From assembly GCA_951406725.2 (NCBI GenBank), contig OX597824.1, forward strand, positions 66,960,001 through 67,024,000: a stretch of 64,000 bases of DNA. The letters run 5' to 3'. Source of the stretch: Octopus vulgaris. Its lineage: Eukaryota. Below the pieces are notes generated by a model. That model did no database searches and was not told the DNA's origin. It was given only the letters and a program-made list of their open reading frames with translations. This document shows positions 36,907 to 51,440 of this stretch, piece after piece. Position 1 is the first letter of the stretch. Each line of letters starts with the position of its first letter. Position numbers and translations under genes: made by a program.

Positions 36907-37374
36907 ATATATATATATATATATTATAAATGATTGACAAAAGCATAGGAATTACCTAATTACCTTCATTAGTTTACAGGTGTAAGCTAATGGAGATGAT
37001 TATGTAACTGTTCTTTTGTCATTAATTAGTATTATACTCTGTAATCACCTGACACTACTCTAAAGCATTATTGAGTTCTAACAACTGATTATTAGTATCA
37101 CTATGTCTAAGTGAAATCATAAAATATGTATATATGTAAGTATGTATATATGTATAAATATGCATGTATATATGTATGTCTATATATGTATAAATATGTG
37201 TACATATATACATTTGTGTGTTTGTATGTACATATATATATATATATATATATGTATTTGTGTGTGTGGGATATATATATATATATGCATGTATGTATGC
37301 GTATATGTGTGTATGTATGCATGTATGTATCAATATATTTGTATGTATGTATTATGCATGTATGCATGCATATA

Positions 37375-38610
37375 CAGGGATTGGACAAAATAATGGAAAC
37401 ACCTTAAAATTTCAGACAAATTTATTTTAATATGGGATAGGACCACCTTTGGCAGTAATTACAGCTTGAATTCTATGAGGTATGGACTTGTACAAAGGTT
37501 GAATTGTTTCCAAAGGAATTTTTGTCCATTCTTCAGCTAAAACAGTCTCCAGCTCTTGTAGTGATGATGGTGGAGGATATCAACTCCTTACTTGTTTTTC
37601 TAAAATGGACCATAAATGTTCAATAATATTGAGATCTGGGGACTGTGGTGGCCAGATAAGATGTTCAACTTCACCAGAATGTTCCTCGTGCCATTCAGTA
37701 ACAATTTTAGCTGTGTGAATTATCATCCTGAAAGATTGTGTTTCTCTCGAGAAACAGTTCCACAACCATAGGATGAATTTGATGAGATAAAATGCTTAAA
37801 TAGTCTTGACTATTAATTCTGCCATGAAGGGAAACCATGGGCCAGTGGATTTCCCAGATATAGCCTTCCAGATCATCACAGATCCTCCTCCATGTTTAAC
37901 AGTTGGAAGAAGGCAGTTTGGGTCAAATGCTTCTTTTGGCTGTCTCCACATGTATACTTGCCTGGTGGTTGGAAATCAGGTAAAGGATGACTTGTCTGAG
38001 AAAATAACATTCTTCCACTGCTCTAGGGACCAATTCTGTAGGTTTTTACTTCACTCTAAACGTTCTGCAATGTTTGTTTTTGAAAGTAGTGGTTTTCTGA
38101 TTGCAGCCCTCCCATGAAATCTGGCTTTGTGCAGCTCCAAGTGAACAGTTTTTGTGGGAACTGGGTTCTTTTGTGGTCATTAAGCTCTGTAGTAATTTTG
38201 GGAGCTGTTTTTGTGATCCTTTCTAACAATTTGCGTAAGAGTCCGACAGTCCCTATCTGAAAGTTTTGGTTTTCTTCCGGAGTTTTTTGATGAGGAGGTT
38301 TTTCCCTCATTTTCAAAGGCTGTCATTATTTTGGAGACAATACTTCTTGATACACCAAACATTTCAGCTGCTTTCAGCCATACGAGCACCAACAATTTGA
38401 CCTCTTTGAAAGTCTGATAGATCTGTCATTTTAATGAATTTTAATTACCTTTTTCTGATAATATCTGAAAAGAAACAGCAATTTTATCAAAACATATTAA
38501 GCAACACTAATAATAAATCAAAAACCATAAAAATAAACAAGCTTTTGATGGTTTTATAGATATTTCAAAATTATGATGCGAGGTGTTTCTGTTATTTTGT
38601 CCAACTCCTG
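37375..38610 (-). mobile_element. Full-length decayed Tc1-like transposon
   Basis: TA|CAGGGATTGGACAAAATAATGGAAACACCT and matching right TIR|TA; broken transposase MTDLSDFQRGQIVG..AEMFGVSRSIVS..SGRKPKLSDRD..WPPQSPDLNIIEHLW. Confidence 0.93.
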
Positions 38611-39458
38611 TATATATGTATGTATATATGTGTAGATATGTAGATGTGTATATGTGTAGTTAAAGATATGTTTATATGTATAGATATGTATATGTGTAGA
38701 CAGATATATGTTTATGTATGTATATGTGCATGTTTATATGTGTATATATGTATGTGTGTGTGTGTTTGTGTGTATATATATATGTGTGTTTATGTGTACA
38801 TATATATGTGTGTATATATATATATGTGTAGACATATGTATATGTGTAATATACATATGTATTTATGAATATATTTGTATGCACATATATATATATATGT
38901 GTGTGTGTGTGATAATTGAAAGAAAAATTCTTCTGTAAATAATGAAACTCCTCATAACCGATATACAAAGTCTGTCTATTGGAAGAAAATATAAATTGCT
39001 GTGAAAAAAGAAAACTGATATTTTCTATAAAAATAAACCAAAAACATTTTTTTCTTTTAAAATCCTATGAAACAACACCACCATTATGCAATGCTGCTAT
39101 TGCTTGAAATAACCTCTGACCCCATGAAAATCAAAACATTGGCAGCAGTTCTTTGAGTTTAACTTATTTGTTACCATATTTCTGCTAGACCACAATGCCT
39201 TTATTTCTAATAATTTTGAAAATAATAGAGAAGCCAGTAAATTAATTTTGTCATTATCAAACTGGTATCTAAAACATAAATTAACATGAAATTTTAATGG
39301 AAATCTTTAAGTTAGGTCACTTTAAGACAGGAAATTTACATCATAGGATGAGAAGCAGTCTCAGACAAGTTGGTGTCAAAAGAGTTGACTATACTGATTA
39401 CTGCAAAATTCTAATACAATCAGTTTACTACAAAGTTCTAACACAAATTCCTTTACAT

Positions 39459-39950
39459 TTTTACCCTGTGTACATAAGTGAAGGCACGGTATTGTATTCA
39501 TTCATCTTTGTCAGTGTCTGTAAAATAACTGGAAAATGGCTGAACAGATTTTCATCAAATTTGGCAGAAATACTCATTTGATGAGAGGCTCGAAATGATG
39601 AAAATTTGGTTTGATTATCTTCAGACTTAGATAAAGACATACATAGATATGCAACTCTGTGTGTGTACAGTGATAGGTTCAAGGGTTTCACTTATTTATG
39701 AGTTGATTTCTTAATTTCACTGGAGTATAAATACCTATAATGGTGATACATCAAAAATAAAAAAAATTAAAATTTTAAATCAAACTTAGAAATTTCCCAA
39801 TAAGCAAGTTTAGTCAAACACTTACAAAGCTTAATTCAGTTCAATTAAACAGCATGGGTAAGCAATGCATTGTAAGCCACACTATAATTCGTGAAAAAAT
39901 TTATCTGTGTGCAGGGTATGCATCATCCCTCCGATGCCTTTCTAACTCAT
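39459..39950 (+). mobile_element. Helentron-associated (HINE/DINE-1-like) non-autonomous element
   Basis: T-run start, subterminal inverted repeats ACCCTGTGTACA / TGTGTGCAGGGT, 3' stem-loop GCATC..GATGC then T-run. Confidence 0.65.
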
Positions 39951-40837
39951 TTTTTTTTTTGGCTTGCTCATTTCATTGATACTATTTTAACAATTGTTTT
40001 ATGCAGCATAGATGCCATCGATTAAATGTATATATGTAAGTCTGTGTTTGTGTATGTATATGTATATAAGTTTCGAAAATTAAAACAGAAGCTGGACAAA
40101 GGAACTAACAGAAAACTCACACACATGACAATGATGTGCTCTTTCCTTGTCAGTTATAAGTCTGTGTGTGAAATTATGTAGAAATAAATTCATTATGAAA
40201 AAGTGGATGGAAATCAGTTAAAAATATACAGGTCTCTTTAATTTAATTTGTAACTGGCAAATATGTACTCTAAGGACCCTGTAAGTATATCATGGGTGGA
40301 CTTGACCAGCAGTATGCTGTATCAATTCACCCATGGTATTTATTTACACCTGTTAGGGCTAACTGAGTTATAGTAGTGAAATGTGCCTCCTCTCTGTACA
40401 GTTAAAGAGACTGGGTTTACAAAAGTGAAGTGTTTTTGTAGCAGACACTGAATAATACCGGTGAGAGAATATGGACCTTTGACTTTCCCACTTCATTAAA
40501 TAGGGGACTTGTTATTCAACTGTAATTAACAATTGTAGATGCTTATACGAAGGGAGTATTTTGTTTTTCTATAAGTTCAAATCCTCTGACAAGTCAATAT
40601 TGCTGTTGATTCTGTTTGTAAAATTTAATTGAAGAGATAACTGTTTACTGAACATGATAGGTTAAATTATTTGTTTCCTTGTATGTATATATGTGTATGT
40701 GTATGTGTGTCTATTTCTGTGTGTATTTTTATGTGGTCCAGTGTCACTCTGTGCACCTTAAGCAGGTTTTCTTCTACTGTGGCAAACAAATTCTGCCCAG
40801 AACAAATGCTTGCCCAGAAAAAGTGGATATCAAATGT

Positions 40838-40890
<53 letters not shown>

Positions 40891-40948
40891 TTTGATTTAG
40901 TATTTCTAAATTGAATTTTTCCCTGTAAGTTTGGAATAATATTCCCTC

Positions 40949-40990
<42 letters not shown>

Positions 40991-41309
40991 TAAGTGAGTG
41001 AGATTTTTTTTCAGTTTGCTATGCTTGAGAAAATATGTTGAGCTTAGTAAAATCATAGTTGTGGGCTGTGCTGGTGGCACACGTGAGGCACCTGTGCCAG
41101 TGACACATAAAAGGCAACCAGTACACTCTATGGAGTGGACAGCATTAAGAAGAGCATCCAGCTGTAGAAACCAAGTCAAAACACTGAAATCTGGTGAAGT
41201 TCTCTGGCTTACCAGTTCCAGTTAAGCCATGTAACCCATGTCAACATTGAAAACAGACACTAAATGATGATAATCACACACACACGTATGATGGGCTTTT
41301 ATATAGTTT

Positions 41310-41790
41310 CTTATTTCTTTACTGCTCACAAGGGGCTTCACACAGAGGAGACAAACAAGGACAGACAAAGGGATTAAGTCGATTATATTGACCCCAGTCA
41401 AGGCGACGAGCTGGCAGAAACGTTAGTACACCGGGCGAAATGCGTAGCCGTATTTTGTCTGCCGTTACGTTCTGAGTTCAAATTCCACCGAGGTCAACTG
41501 TGCCTTTCATCCTTTCGGGATCGATAAATACAGTACCAGTTTCGCACTGGGGTCGATGTAATCGACTTATTCCCTTTGTCTGTCCTTGTTTGTCCCCTCT
41601 GTGTTTAGCCCCTTGTGGGCAGTAAAGAAATATATATTGACCCCAGTGTGTAACTGGTACTTATTTAATTGACCCCGAAAGGATGAAAGGCAAAGTCGAC
41701 CTCGGAATTTGAACTCAGAACGTAGCAGCAGTCAAAATACCACTACGCATTTTGCCCGGCATCCTAACGTTTCTGCCAGCTTGCTGCCTT
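41310..41790. mobile_element. Family B SINE (+, 41400-41632) nested in an antisense family B SINE
   Basis: 15-bp TSD TATATTGACCCCAGT on both sides of the inner copy. Confidence 0.9.
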
Positions 41791-43126
41791 CGGCTTCTAT
41801 ATAGTTTCTGACTACCAAATTCCTCTGACATTGGTCGACCTGAGGCTACAGGGTAAGCTTATCAATGTTCTACCACACAGTAAGTTCAAAGCTAGAACCA
41901 TAGTTACAAATTGAACATTTTAACATTGTGTCTATGCTTGCACACATTCAATCTATTTGGTTTGCTTTTATTTTCCTGTTTGTATATTTCCGTTTAATTA
42001 TGTTGTGTGTATAAGGTGTTTGTTCCTGTATTTGTGTGACTGTTTGTGTCTGTCTGCACTTGTATTTATATTTGCCTGTAAATGTTTACATGTACTTTTT
42101 TGAATTTTTATCTATGTTTGTCTGTCTTTGACTGAAATTGTATTTGTGATTTTTTTTTCTTTATTTGTGCGAATATATATGTATATTCTGAGTGTGTATG
42201 ATAGTACAGGAATGTGTGTATGGAAATTCTGTATAACACATTACTGAGGCCACAAATTTACCAGAGGAAAAAAACAAAAAAAAAAATCAACATTTCAGAC
42301 GCAAGAAATTGTTAAAACTTTAAAGAAAATACCAAAAACAAATAAAAAACAAAAACTCATAATGAATAAGAATTATGTGTAAAACTATAAAATGGCACAA
42401 TTTTCAGCTCTGGTTTGATTTTCCTTGTTGGTCATTTCATTGCCATGAAAATGTTTCACTGTTATATTAAAAATTTGATTAGTACTATTTGAACTGTGTG
42501 TGAAGTAATATTTTTTAAGCAAATTTTAAAATTGCTTCTTTTTTTATATATATTTCCAGTGCCTGGAAAATGCCATATTTTTGTTTGTTTTTTTTTCTCT
42601 TTGTTTATTTTTTTTTTAAAGTTGCTTTTTGTTTTCAAAAAGTTTTATAAAACCAAATGAAAATATTGAATAAATATTTTATATATTTTCTTGATTTAAA
42701 ATGACTTGAAAAAATTAAATGTTATTTATAATTTATGAGGTGCAAGCAGAACAGAGAGAATCAAAACAATAATGTACCTGTTCATTCTCTACAGATCTGA
42801 ATGGAAATTTCTGATTAACTGTTGTTTTTTATCATGAGAGAATACCTTTTCTCTTTAGATGATTTGTGTTCATAACACACGCAGTTCATTGATGTAAGGA
42901 AACTTTGTGACATTGTGGTGTTACAGCCTTATTGCATGCTTCCTCATTCAAAACTATCCCTGGATTAATGAATCTAGCAAGAATACTAACTCTTGTTTAT
43001 AGAAATCAGTAAATGCATTATTTGCTGGGGTGTGCTGTTGTCTATCAAACTGGTAAAAATTCATGAAGAACATACAAAAAAGTGAGAATCTAAATAATAA
43101 TGTATTTGTTAATTCTCAGTACATTG

Positions 43127-43435
43127 TGAAGGTACATGGCTCAGTGGTTAGAGCTTTGGGTTCACAATCATGTGGTAGTGAGTTCGATTCCTGGACTGGG
43201 CTGTGTGTTGTATTCTTGAGCAAGACACTTTATTTCACATTGCTCCAGTTCACTCAGCTGTAGAAACGAGTTGCAACATCACTGATGCCTTTCCCTTGGA
43301 TAACATTGGTGGCATGGAGAGGAGAGGCTAGTATGCATAGGCAACTACTGGTCTTGCCTGGACTTGTGCCTTTGATGGAAACCTTCTTGGTGCAATCCCA
43401 TGGGCATTCATGACTGAAGGGAGTCTTTATCCTTT
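43127..43435 (+). mobile_element. tRNA-derived SINE, family D
   Basis: A-box TGGCTCAGTGG, B-box GAGTTCGATTCC, body TTCTTGAGCAAGACACTT; relative at 5660-5800. Confidence 0.7.
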
Positions 43436-43629
43436 ACGTTCTGACAATGATTCATGTGTGCTATGAATGCATATCATTTAAATCAGTGATGCTCAACCAT
43501 TTTTTTCCTGTAGATCCCTTCGATACATATTTTACTCGGGTGGACCCTCATTGCTATTTGATGTTTAAAAAAGTCCTTTTGTATATTTATAACTAAATAT
43601 CATTAGGAATAGTATATGTATATATATAA

Positions 43630-44232
43630 AAAAACAGTATCAATGTCCAGGTATGGGTGTGTGGTAAGAAGCTTGCTTCCCAACCACATGTTTCTGGGTT
43701 CAGTCCTGCTGTGTAGCACTTTGAGCAAGTGTCTTCTACTATAGCCTTGAGCCAACCAAAGCCTTGTGAGTGGATTTGATAGATGGAAACTGAAAGAACC
43801 TCATCGTATGTGTGTCTTTGTTGCCCCTCCATTACTTGACAACCGATGTTAGTGTGTTTACATCTCTCTGACCTAGCGGTTCAGCAAAGGAGACTGATAA
43901 AATGAGTTCTAGGCTTACAGTTGCTGAAGCATGGAACAAACTGCTGGCATCAGTTGTTAGTTGTCGGAGCACTGCATCCTTCAAAACTTCCATGCTTTCT
44001 GAGATTCACCAACACTACACCTGATTTTCTCCCCTCCATACACACACTGGCATGTATCTGACTCATACATTGTTCGCTTTCCAGACATTTTTATATTACT
44101 GCATGTACTTTATATGCACTTTCTGACAAGTTGTGGTGCACCTGAGCACTGTATACAATAATTTCATTATTATATTAAAGAATAAGTCCTGGAGTTGATT
44201 CTTTGACTAAAAACCCCTTAAGGTGGTGCTCC
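43630..44232 (+). mobile_element. SINE family A with nested CR1 3' fragment (43919-44175)
   Basis: SINE consensus AGGCTTACA|AAGAATAAGTCCTGG is split by a CR1 tail ending in ATT repeats. Confidence 0.8.
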
Positions 44233-44414
44233 ATTTTATATTGAAGAAGTATGACCAATTTATTTGCACATAAATTTTAACAGCAAAATCTTATATGGAC
44301 TCTAGTTGAGAACCATCAATGTGAATGGAGGAGCTGTTCTCCAGTGACACACACACACAAAAAAAAAATGTGATCAGCATATTCATGTTTGAATCATTCA
44401 GAATGTATTGTTTG

Positions 44415-44770
44415 CAGCTGTGTGTAAGAAGCTTGTTTCCCAACCACATGGTTCCTAGTTCAAACATACTGTGTGACACCTTAGGAAACTGTCTTCTACT
44501 ATAGCCTTGTGAGTGGATTTGGTAGAAAGAAACTGAAAAAAACTTGTTATTTATGTGTGTGAGTGTCTCTGTGTTTGTCCCCCACCCCTGCTTGAGAACC
44601 GGTGCCGGTGAGTTTATGTCCCCTGTAACTTCGTGGTTCAGCAAAAGGGATCGATAGAATAAGTACCAGCCTAAAAAAAAAAGTACTGGGGTTGGTTCAT
44701 TCAATTAAAAATTCTTCAAGGCTCTGCCCCAGCATGGCCACAGTCTAATGACTGAAACAAGTAAAAGATA
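44415..44770 (+). mobile_element. SINE family A
   Basis: Family head, body and tail. Confidence 0.8.
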
Positions 44771-44989
44771 ACAGGAAAGATGTTATTGTTTTCTACCAGG
44801 TATTCCATGCTCTTCTCCTAGTTCCAGCATGAGTACTGTTTACTTGAACTTAAATTTTTGGATTATAAAGTGAGATCATACCTTAGATTGTTTCATTAAA
44901 ATTATCATTTGTTGGTATTGATAATACATAAATGAAGAAGAATGAGGGGAAGAAATCTATGACATTGAAGACAAAAAGGAGTTTCTATG

Positions 44990-45400
44990 ACCACCCATAA
45001 AATTATTAACCATCTTACAAATAATAGCTCTGAGCACCTTTTCAAACTCCACCTGTCTAACACCCGTGTACATGTTTACAAAGTCAGAAAACAGCACATC
45101 TCCCATGACTTTCGGAAACATTTTTTTATGCTAAGAGTTGCTGAAGTATGGAACAAACTGCCGGCATCAGTTGTTAGTTGTCGGAGCACTGAATCCTTCA
45201 AAACTTCCATGCTTACTGAGATTCGCTAACACTACACCTGATTTTCTCCCCTCCATACACACGCAAGCATGTATCTGACTCATACACTGTTCACTTTCCA
45301 GACATTTGTACATTACTGCATATGCTTTATATGCACTTTTTGACAAGTTGTGGTGCACCTGAGCACTGTATACTATAATTTCATTATTATTATTATTATT
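44990..45400 (+). mobile_element. CR1-clade LINE 3' fragment
   Basis: THKII..SNTRVHVYKV..RKHFFMLRVAEVWNKLPASVVSCRSTESFK, 3' UTR and (ATT)n tail. Confidence 0.88.
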
Positions 45401-45483
45401 ATGAGATAACCTCACAGGAGTCACAAATCTGTGGATGGAAGAAGATTCCAGCCAAAGAGAAGCTAGCTGATGGTGGAATAATA

Positions 45484-46246
45484 TAAGGTGATATCAAAAA
45501 GTTCCTGGACTAGTTCTGTAGTGCACCAACAGGTGGCAGCACATGATTGTGTGCATAGTGAGAGCTAGCAGTGACCAACATGAGGCAGTGTGCATGTTAT
45601 CACTTCTTCACCTGTGCTATTCACCAGATTTAGCACCTGTGGACCTCCATCTCTTCCTCAAGATGGAAATGCAGGTCAAAGGTCACTGATTTAACACTGT
45701 TGTTGAGATCCAGAGTGAATCACAGAAGGTCCTCAACTCACAGAAAAATTACTTCCAGGCCAGATTCCAACACTGGCAGGAATGATGGTACTAGTGCATT
45801 GCTGCACAAGGTGCCTATTTCGAAGGAGATGATGTTAAAACTTAGGTGCAGGAGTGGCTGTGTGGTAAGTAGCTTGCTTACCAACCACATAGTTCCGGGT
45901 TCAGTCCCACTGCATGGCACCTTGGGCAAGTGTCTTCTACTATAGCCTCAGGCCGACCAAAAACGTGTGAGTGGATTTGGTAGATGGAAACTGAAAGAAG
46001 CCCGCATATATGTATATATATATATGTGTGTTTGTCCTCCCAACATCGCTGGTGTGTTTACGTCCCCATAACTTAGCAGCTCAGTAAAAGAGACTGATAG
46101 AATAAGTACTAGGCTTACAAAGAATAAGTGCTCAACTAAAGGCGGTGCTCCATCATGGCTACAGTCAAATGACTGAAACATGTAAAGAGAGTAGCTAAAT
46201 TTTTTATTAAACATAACTAGTCCTGGAACTTTTTGATACCCTCTTG
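45484..46246 (+). mobile_element. Internally deleted mariner with nested family A SINE (45845-46190)
   Basis: TA-flanked ~30-bp TIRs (..TATCAAAAAGTTCC(T/A)GGACTAG); C-terminal YSPDLAPVDLHLF..CIAAQGAYFEG. Confidence 0.88.
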
Positions 46247-47074
46247 TACAGTAGACAGAATCACAGAAGCTAAGAGACAATCTTGGAAAGACTACGGGAA
46301 TAGTTAGAATCAATGAAAATTAGAAGGTACTTAGAAGAGTAGGAAGATGTCAGTTATATTTAGCAAGAAAGAAACAATGCTGATATTCTTCAATGTGAGA
46401 ATTTGAAGCTTGAAGTCTTTTGGTTTGTAAGACAGTGTGATAGCATGACTGTTAAGCAGGTGTCTTCTACTGTAGTGCTGGCCAAATAAATTCTTGTGAG
46501 AGAATTTGGTTGACATCAGCAGTCCTGCATATATATATGAATGTGTGTGTATACTTATCTTGACATCACATAATGGTTGAAAATAAGTATCGCTGTCATA
46601 GAAGTGATGTTCATTCTCTGTCTTCTGCGGGGAAACATGTCTGTCCCTAGTTTTGTCCTACAAACTTCCTGTGTGGAGGTGTTTTGAATTGAAACCTACC
46701 TTCAAATTTTCATGTTAATTTATGTTTCAAACACCAGCTTAATAATAACAAAGTTATTTTACTGAATTCATTGTTTTCGAAATTACTTGAAACAAAGGCA
46801 GTGTACTCCAAGAGAAATAATGGTTACAAAAAGGTTAAGAGCATTGATGGTGAGAAGTGGTATGTTATGATAGAAATGCTCTTTCCCTCACTGATGTTGC
46901 AAAAAAAAAGAAAATCTGTGGGAGGTTACTAAATGAGAATGCAATGGAGAGAGAGAGAGAGTGAAAATCTTCCTCAAGTAGACCCAACAGAGAGACCAGC
47001 TACTGAAATCACTAAATGGTTGAAATGTCATTAACCCTTTTGATACAAACCTGCCTGGGATTGACTCTGAATTC

Positions 47075-47505
47075 TAATAATAATGAAATTATTGTATACA
47101 GTGCTCAGGTGCACCACAACTCGTCAAAAGTGCATATAAAGTATATGTAGTAATGTACAAATGTCTGGGAAGTGAACAGTGTATGAGTCAGATACATGCT
47201 TGCGTGTGTATGGAGGAGAGAAAATCAGATGTAGTGTTGGTAAATCTCAGGAAGCATGGAAGTTTTGAAGGATGCAGTGCTCTGACAACTAACAACTGAT
47301 GCCAGCAGTATGTTCCAGCAACTCTTAGTGTGAAAAAATGTTTCCGAAAGTCATGGGAGCTGTGCTATTTTCTGACTTTGTAAACATGACCACGGGTGTT
47401 AGACAGGTGGAGTTTGAAAAGGTGCTCAGAGTTATTGTTAGTAAGATGGTTAATAATTTTATGGGTGTCTGCCAGATGTCGGAGTTTCAATGTACCCATG
47501 CCTGT
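47075..47505 (-). mobile_element. CR1-clade LINE 3' fragment inserted in a TTAA MITE
   Basis: Reverse complement of 44990-45400; MITE halves at 47033-47074 and 47506-47668. Confidence 0.85.
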
Positions 47506-49901
47506 ATTCTATGACACAAATTTCCTGTTCGATAAAATTATTCATCAAAATTACATGATTCAAACATCAGCATAATAATGAATGTTAGTTTGATAAGTTC
47601 TTTGTTATTTTCAAAACAGATTCAAACATACAGTGTATTTCAGTAGAAATACAGTAACAAAAGGACTAACACAATGAAGGTAATGAAGGCAGCTGGAATG
47701 TCAGATATAGTTGCAGAGATGCTGAAAATATCCAGCTAAGTATGACATGTGTTGGTCATTCACATAGTCAATCCTGTAGCTGAAGAAATAACTTCAGTAA
47801 GAAATACTAGCAGTATTGTCAACAAATGCTATAAGGAAAAAGAAAATGCACTAGAAAGAAAGAACTATAGAGACATAAAGCAGATGAAGTAAAATTATAT
47901 GGAAATAACAGTTATAGCTCAGCTATTTAGGAGTAATATTAACTCAGCAGAAACCTAAACTGCATTTCATCTAAGATGGGGCAACCACTGATGTATTCTA
48001 GCTTGTGAAATAACCACAGGAAAAATTCTGAACAAAGAACGAACAATTGTATCAAACATTTTTGGCTCTAGGAAAAACATTGGATATGTTGCTATGGTGA
48101 TTGTTAAAAAAAAAAAGACAAAAAACAAAAACTAGACAGATTAATTTCTGCTATGTATTGATCTCTGGAAGAATGGAAAGTGGAGTCAGTTTGCATATGA
48201 TTTGATATAACTGAATATACAAAGCATTTTGTTTGTTGCTCTACTTATTCTGCTAATGCTTAAGAACCATATACAGAGATGCTGTCAACAGGGTAAAAGT
48301 TAGCATTGAGTTCAATTAGGAATTGAGGGTGCAGATAGGTGCAAGTGTGTATCCATGCATCTTTGCTTGACACAGTTTGAGGGGGAAAATAGTGGTGTTA
48401 GGTCTCCTATAAACAATTTGTCCTGTAGCTCAATGACTAATGAAGACAAATAGAATAAATAAAATCCCCAACATGAAAAACAAGCAACACTTGGTGACAG
48501 GAAAAGCATCTGGTTGTAAAATAATATTTCAATAAGCATCTTTTCCAAACTCATGACAGTACAGAAGCAAACTTAAAAATGATGATCAAGAACAACAACA
48601 GTATCAATGTAAGATGCCATTTATTTTCTCAAACCACACATTCCCTTCCTATAATTTAACAGAAATAAATAAATACAATCAATAAATAAAAATGAAAAAA
48701 AAAATTATTTGCACAACCATAGGGTTTAAATATTTTTGCTTTTTGATTTTTTTGAAAATCAATATTTTATTGATACAAGAAATAAGTTTCATAATAAAAA
48801 ATAAAAAAATATCAATAAACAGCATTTATTCTACACTATTGAGCAAGATTTTAATAAGGACTGTCATCAGAAACAAAATCTCACAGAAAGTGAAGCAAGG
48901 ATTTTAAGGTTTACACACAAAACATTAACCAACCCCCTCCCATTCTGGAGCACACGGAAGACACTATTTCAATCAAAAATTTACATAACGAATATTTTTA
49001 TTGACAGAATACAAATAAATAAATATGTAAATTTACTAAAACGTAACTGAAATGGCTTTTCTCAATTAACATTTAAATACTGACCTCTGTCTTCAGTACA
49101 AGGGCAATTTTCTAAGGAATTTCATTCTATATTTGAATGGTATATTCCTGTTATAGTATTAGTTGTTCAAGTCAACAAGGAAGACTCTAGAAATAGCAGC
49201 CAAATACCCTCTTCAAATATATCCTACCTTAAAAAAATGGATACATTGGACAATATTGACATATAATGTGGGGTAGTCATGGCTGGGACATCTTTCTCAA
49301 TCTAGGCTGAGCTGGGGTGGGGAGTGGAGTCTGTTTCTCTTTCCTGTCTCAGATTGAGGCTTATAATGTCAACTAACACTTTAAAGTGGAAAATCTTGGC
49401 AATTAATTCGCTCTTAATTATTTGTAATTATTTAATGAACATTGTAGAGATGAAAGTAAACATGGTGAAGCTGTCTTAGTTGACTCAGCTATCTCCACAC
49501 TTTTGACATTCAAATATTGCTTATATATATATAATGTGCAGGTATATGTTCATATGTATGTGTGAGTACATATATGTATACATATGTCTATGTGTGTATG
49601 TGCATATACAAACGTGTGCATATGTATGTATAAGCATACATATACATGCACATACATACACACATACATATGTGAGTGAGTGTGTATGTGTGTATTTATA
49701 TGTATACAGACATGTGTGTGTCTGTCTGAAGTGCTACACAAAATCTCTTATTTCCATAATAGAGATATTCTATTTTCTAAACTAGAAATGAAAAGTGGTT
49801 CAAAATGGTGCATTAAAATTTCTACAAAACAAATATATGCTCTATATCTTACCACTACTTGGCACAGAAGGGAAGCTTTGATGTTAACACTATTTTTTTC
49901 T

Positions 49902-49932
<31 letters not shown>

Positions 49933-51227
49933 GCTTTTCAGTTTTTTCTTCTTAAAATTAATATTGATATAAATATTCTAGCATCGTCGGTGTCTGAGAG
50001 GAAGAATAACTAAATGAAGTGAAATATTAATGCTACAACTGGGGATAGAGATCATGCAGTTAATAGATACATCTTATCAAACCTTAACTGCTACTCTATA
50101 TAAAATATTAATGCTCATTATTTCCATATCAGGAAATATTGTTAAAATTGAATATAATTATTTTTTTAAAAAGTGTATTGAAAGTAAAAATATTTTGCAA
50201 ATTAATATATAAACTAGCTATATTTATTTCAATTTTTAGATCTTGAATTCAAGATATTGAATTCTAATATTGAAACATAGCCATAAATTTTGAGGGTGGG
50301 TACCATCAATTAAATGAATTCCCTGTATATTTTGGCTACGTATATTGATTCTGGAAGAGTGGTAAGTGAATTTAACTCACACATGATTTGAACTCAGAAC
50401 TAAATATGCAAAGCGTTGTGTTTGTTGCACTAATTATTCTGCCAATCCTTAAAAAGAAATCATAGCAAAAGTAATACAAAAAAATTAATATTGTAGGTAT
50501 ATTTAAATAATATTAAATGTTAATATCGTTGTTTTATTTGAAATTTATATTTTTTAAGACCTTTAAGCAATGCAAGTGAGAAGTTAGGTAAAATTTGTAA
50601 GGTGATGTCAATAAATACCAACAAAGACAACATAGTGTATCACTACATAGGTGGTTTAGTGCTTCTGTTATATTTCGGGAAAGATTCCCCTTATCAAATA
50701 TAAGATAGAAAATAATCCAAGAATTTGGAGATAAAGTGTTGTCATCAAGTCATTAACAGTAAAACAAAATTTAGAAAGAGAAATACAAAAAATGCCTTAA
50801 AAATTAAATTAAATTAATCATTTTGAAAATAATTAAATGAAATTTATTTTAATTTACTTCTATAGTAGTCACTAATTACCAAAATTTTAATTTCAAACTA
50901 TCTGTCTAATTCTTTCAGTCACCAACAGACAAATTGTTACTTAACATAATAACAAACCACCACCACCACCACTATCATAATACATGTGAACAGAAATGTT
51001 AATAATGAAAATTAGGCCAAGATTAGAGATTTCTTTGCTAACCAAAAATCAAACTTCTGTTATCATTTGAATCCAACCCAGGTACTATGTGATATATAAC
51101 TTTTTAGCTTGTCTTTTCTTGAGCTTCAAAACTTATGCAATAATCATATATTAAATAGGCAGTGTGTATACCTCTGTGTGGGTTTGATAAACATTGTAAC
51201 TAGGCAGCTAAAACAATAGAAGAAGGT

Positions 51228-51280
<53 letters not shown>

Positions 51281-51389
51281 AGATGAGAGATAAAGGGCAG
51301 GAGCTAGTAAGTAAAGAAAAATGATCTGAAAATATTTGTGACAGTGAATAAGGACAAGCAAAAGCATCCTCAATCCCCTTTGAACATAT

Positions 51390-51440
<51 letters not shown>

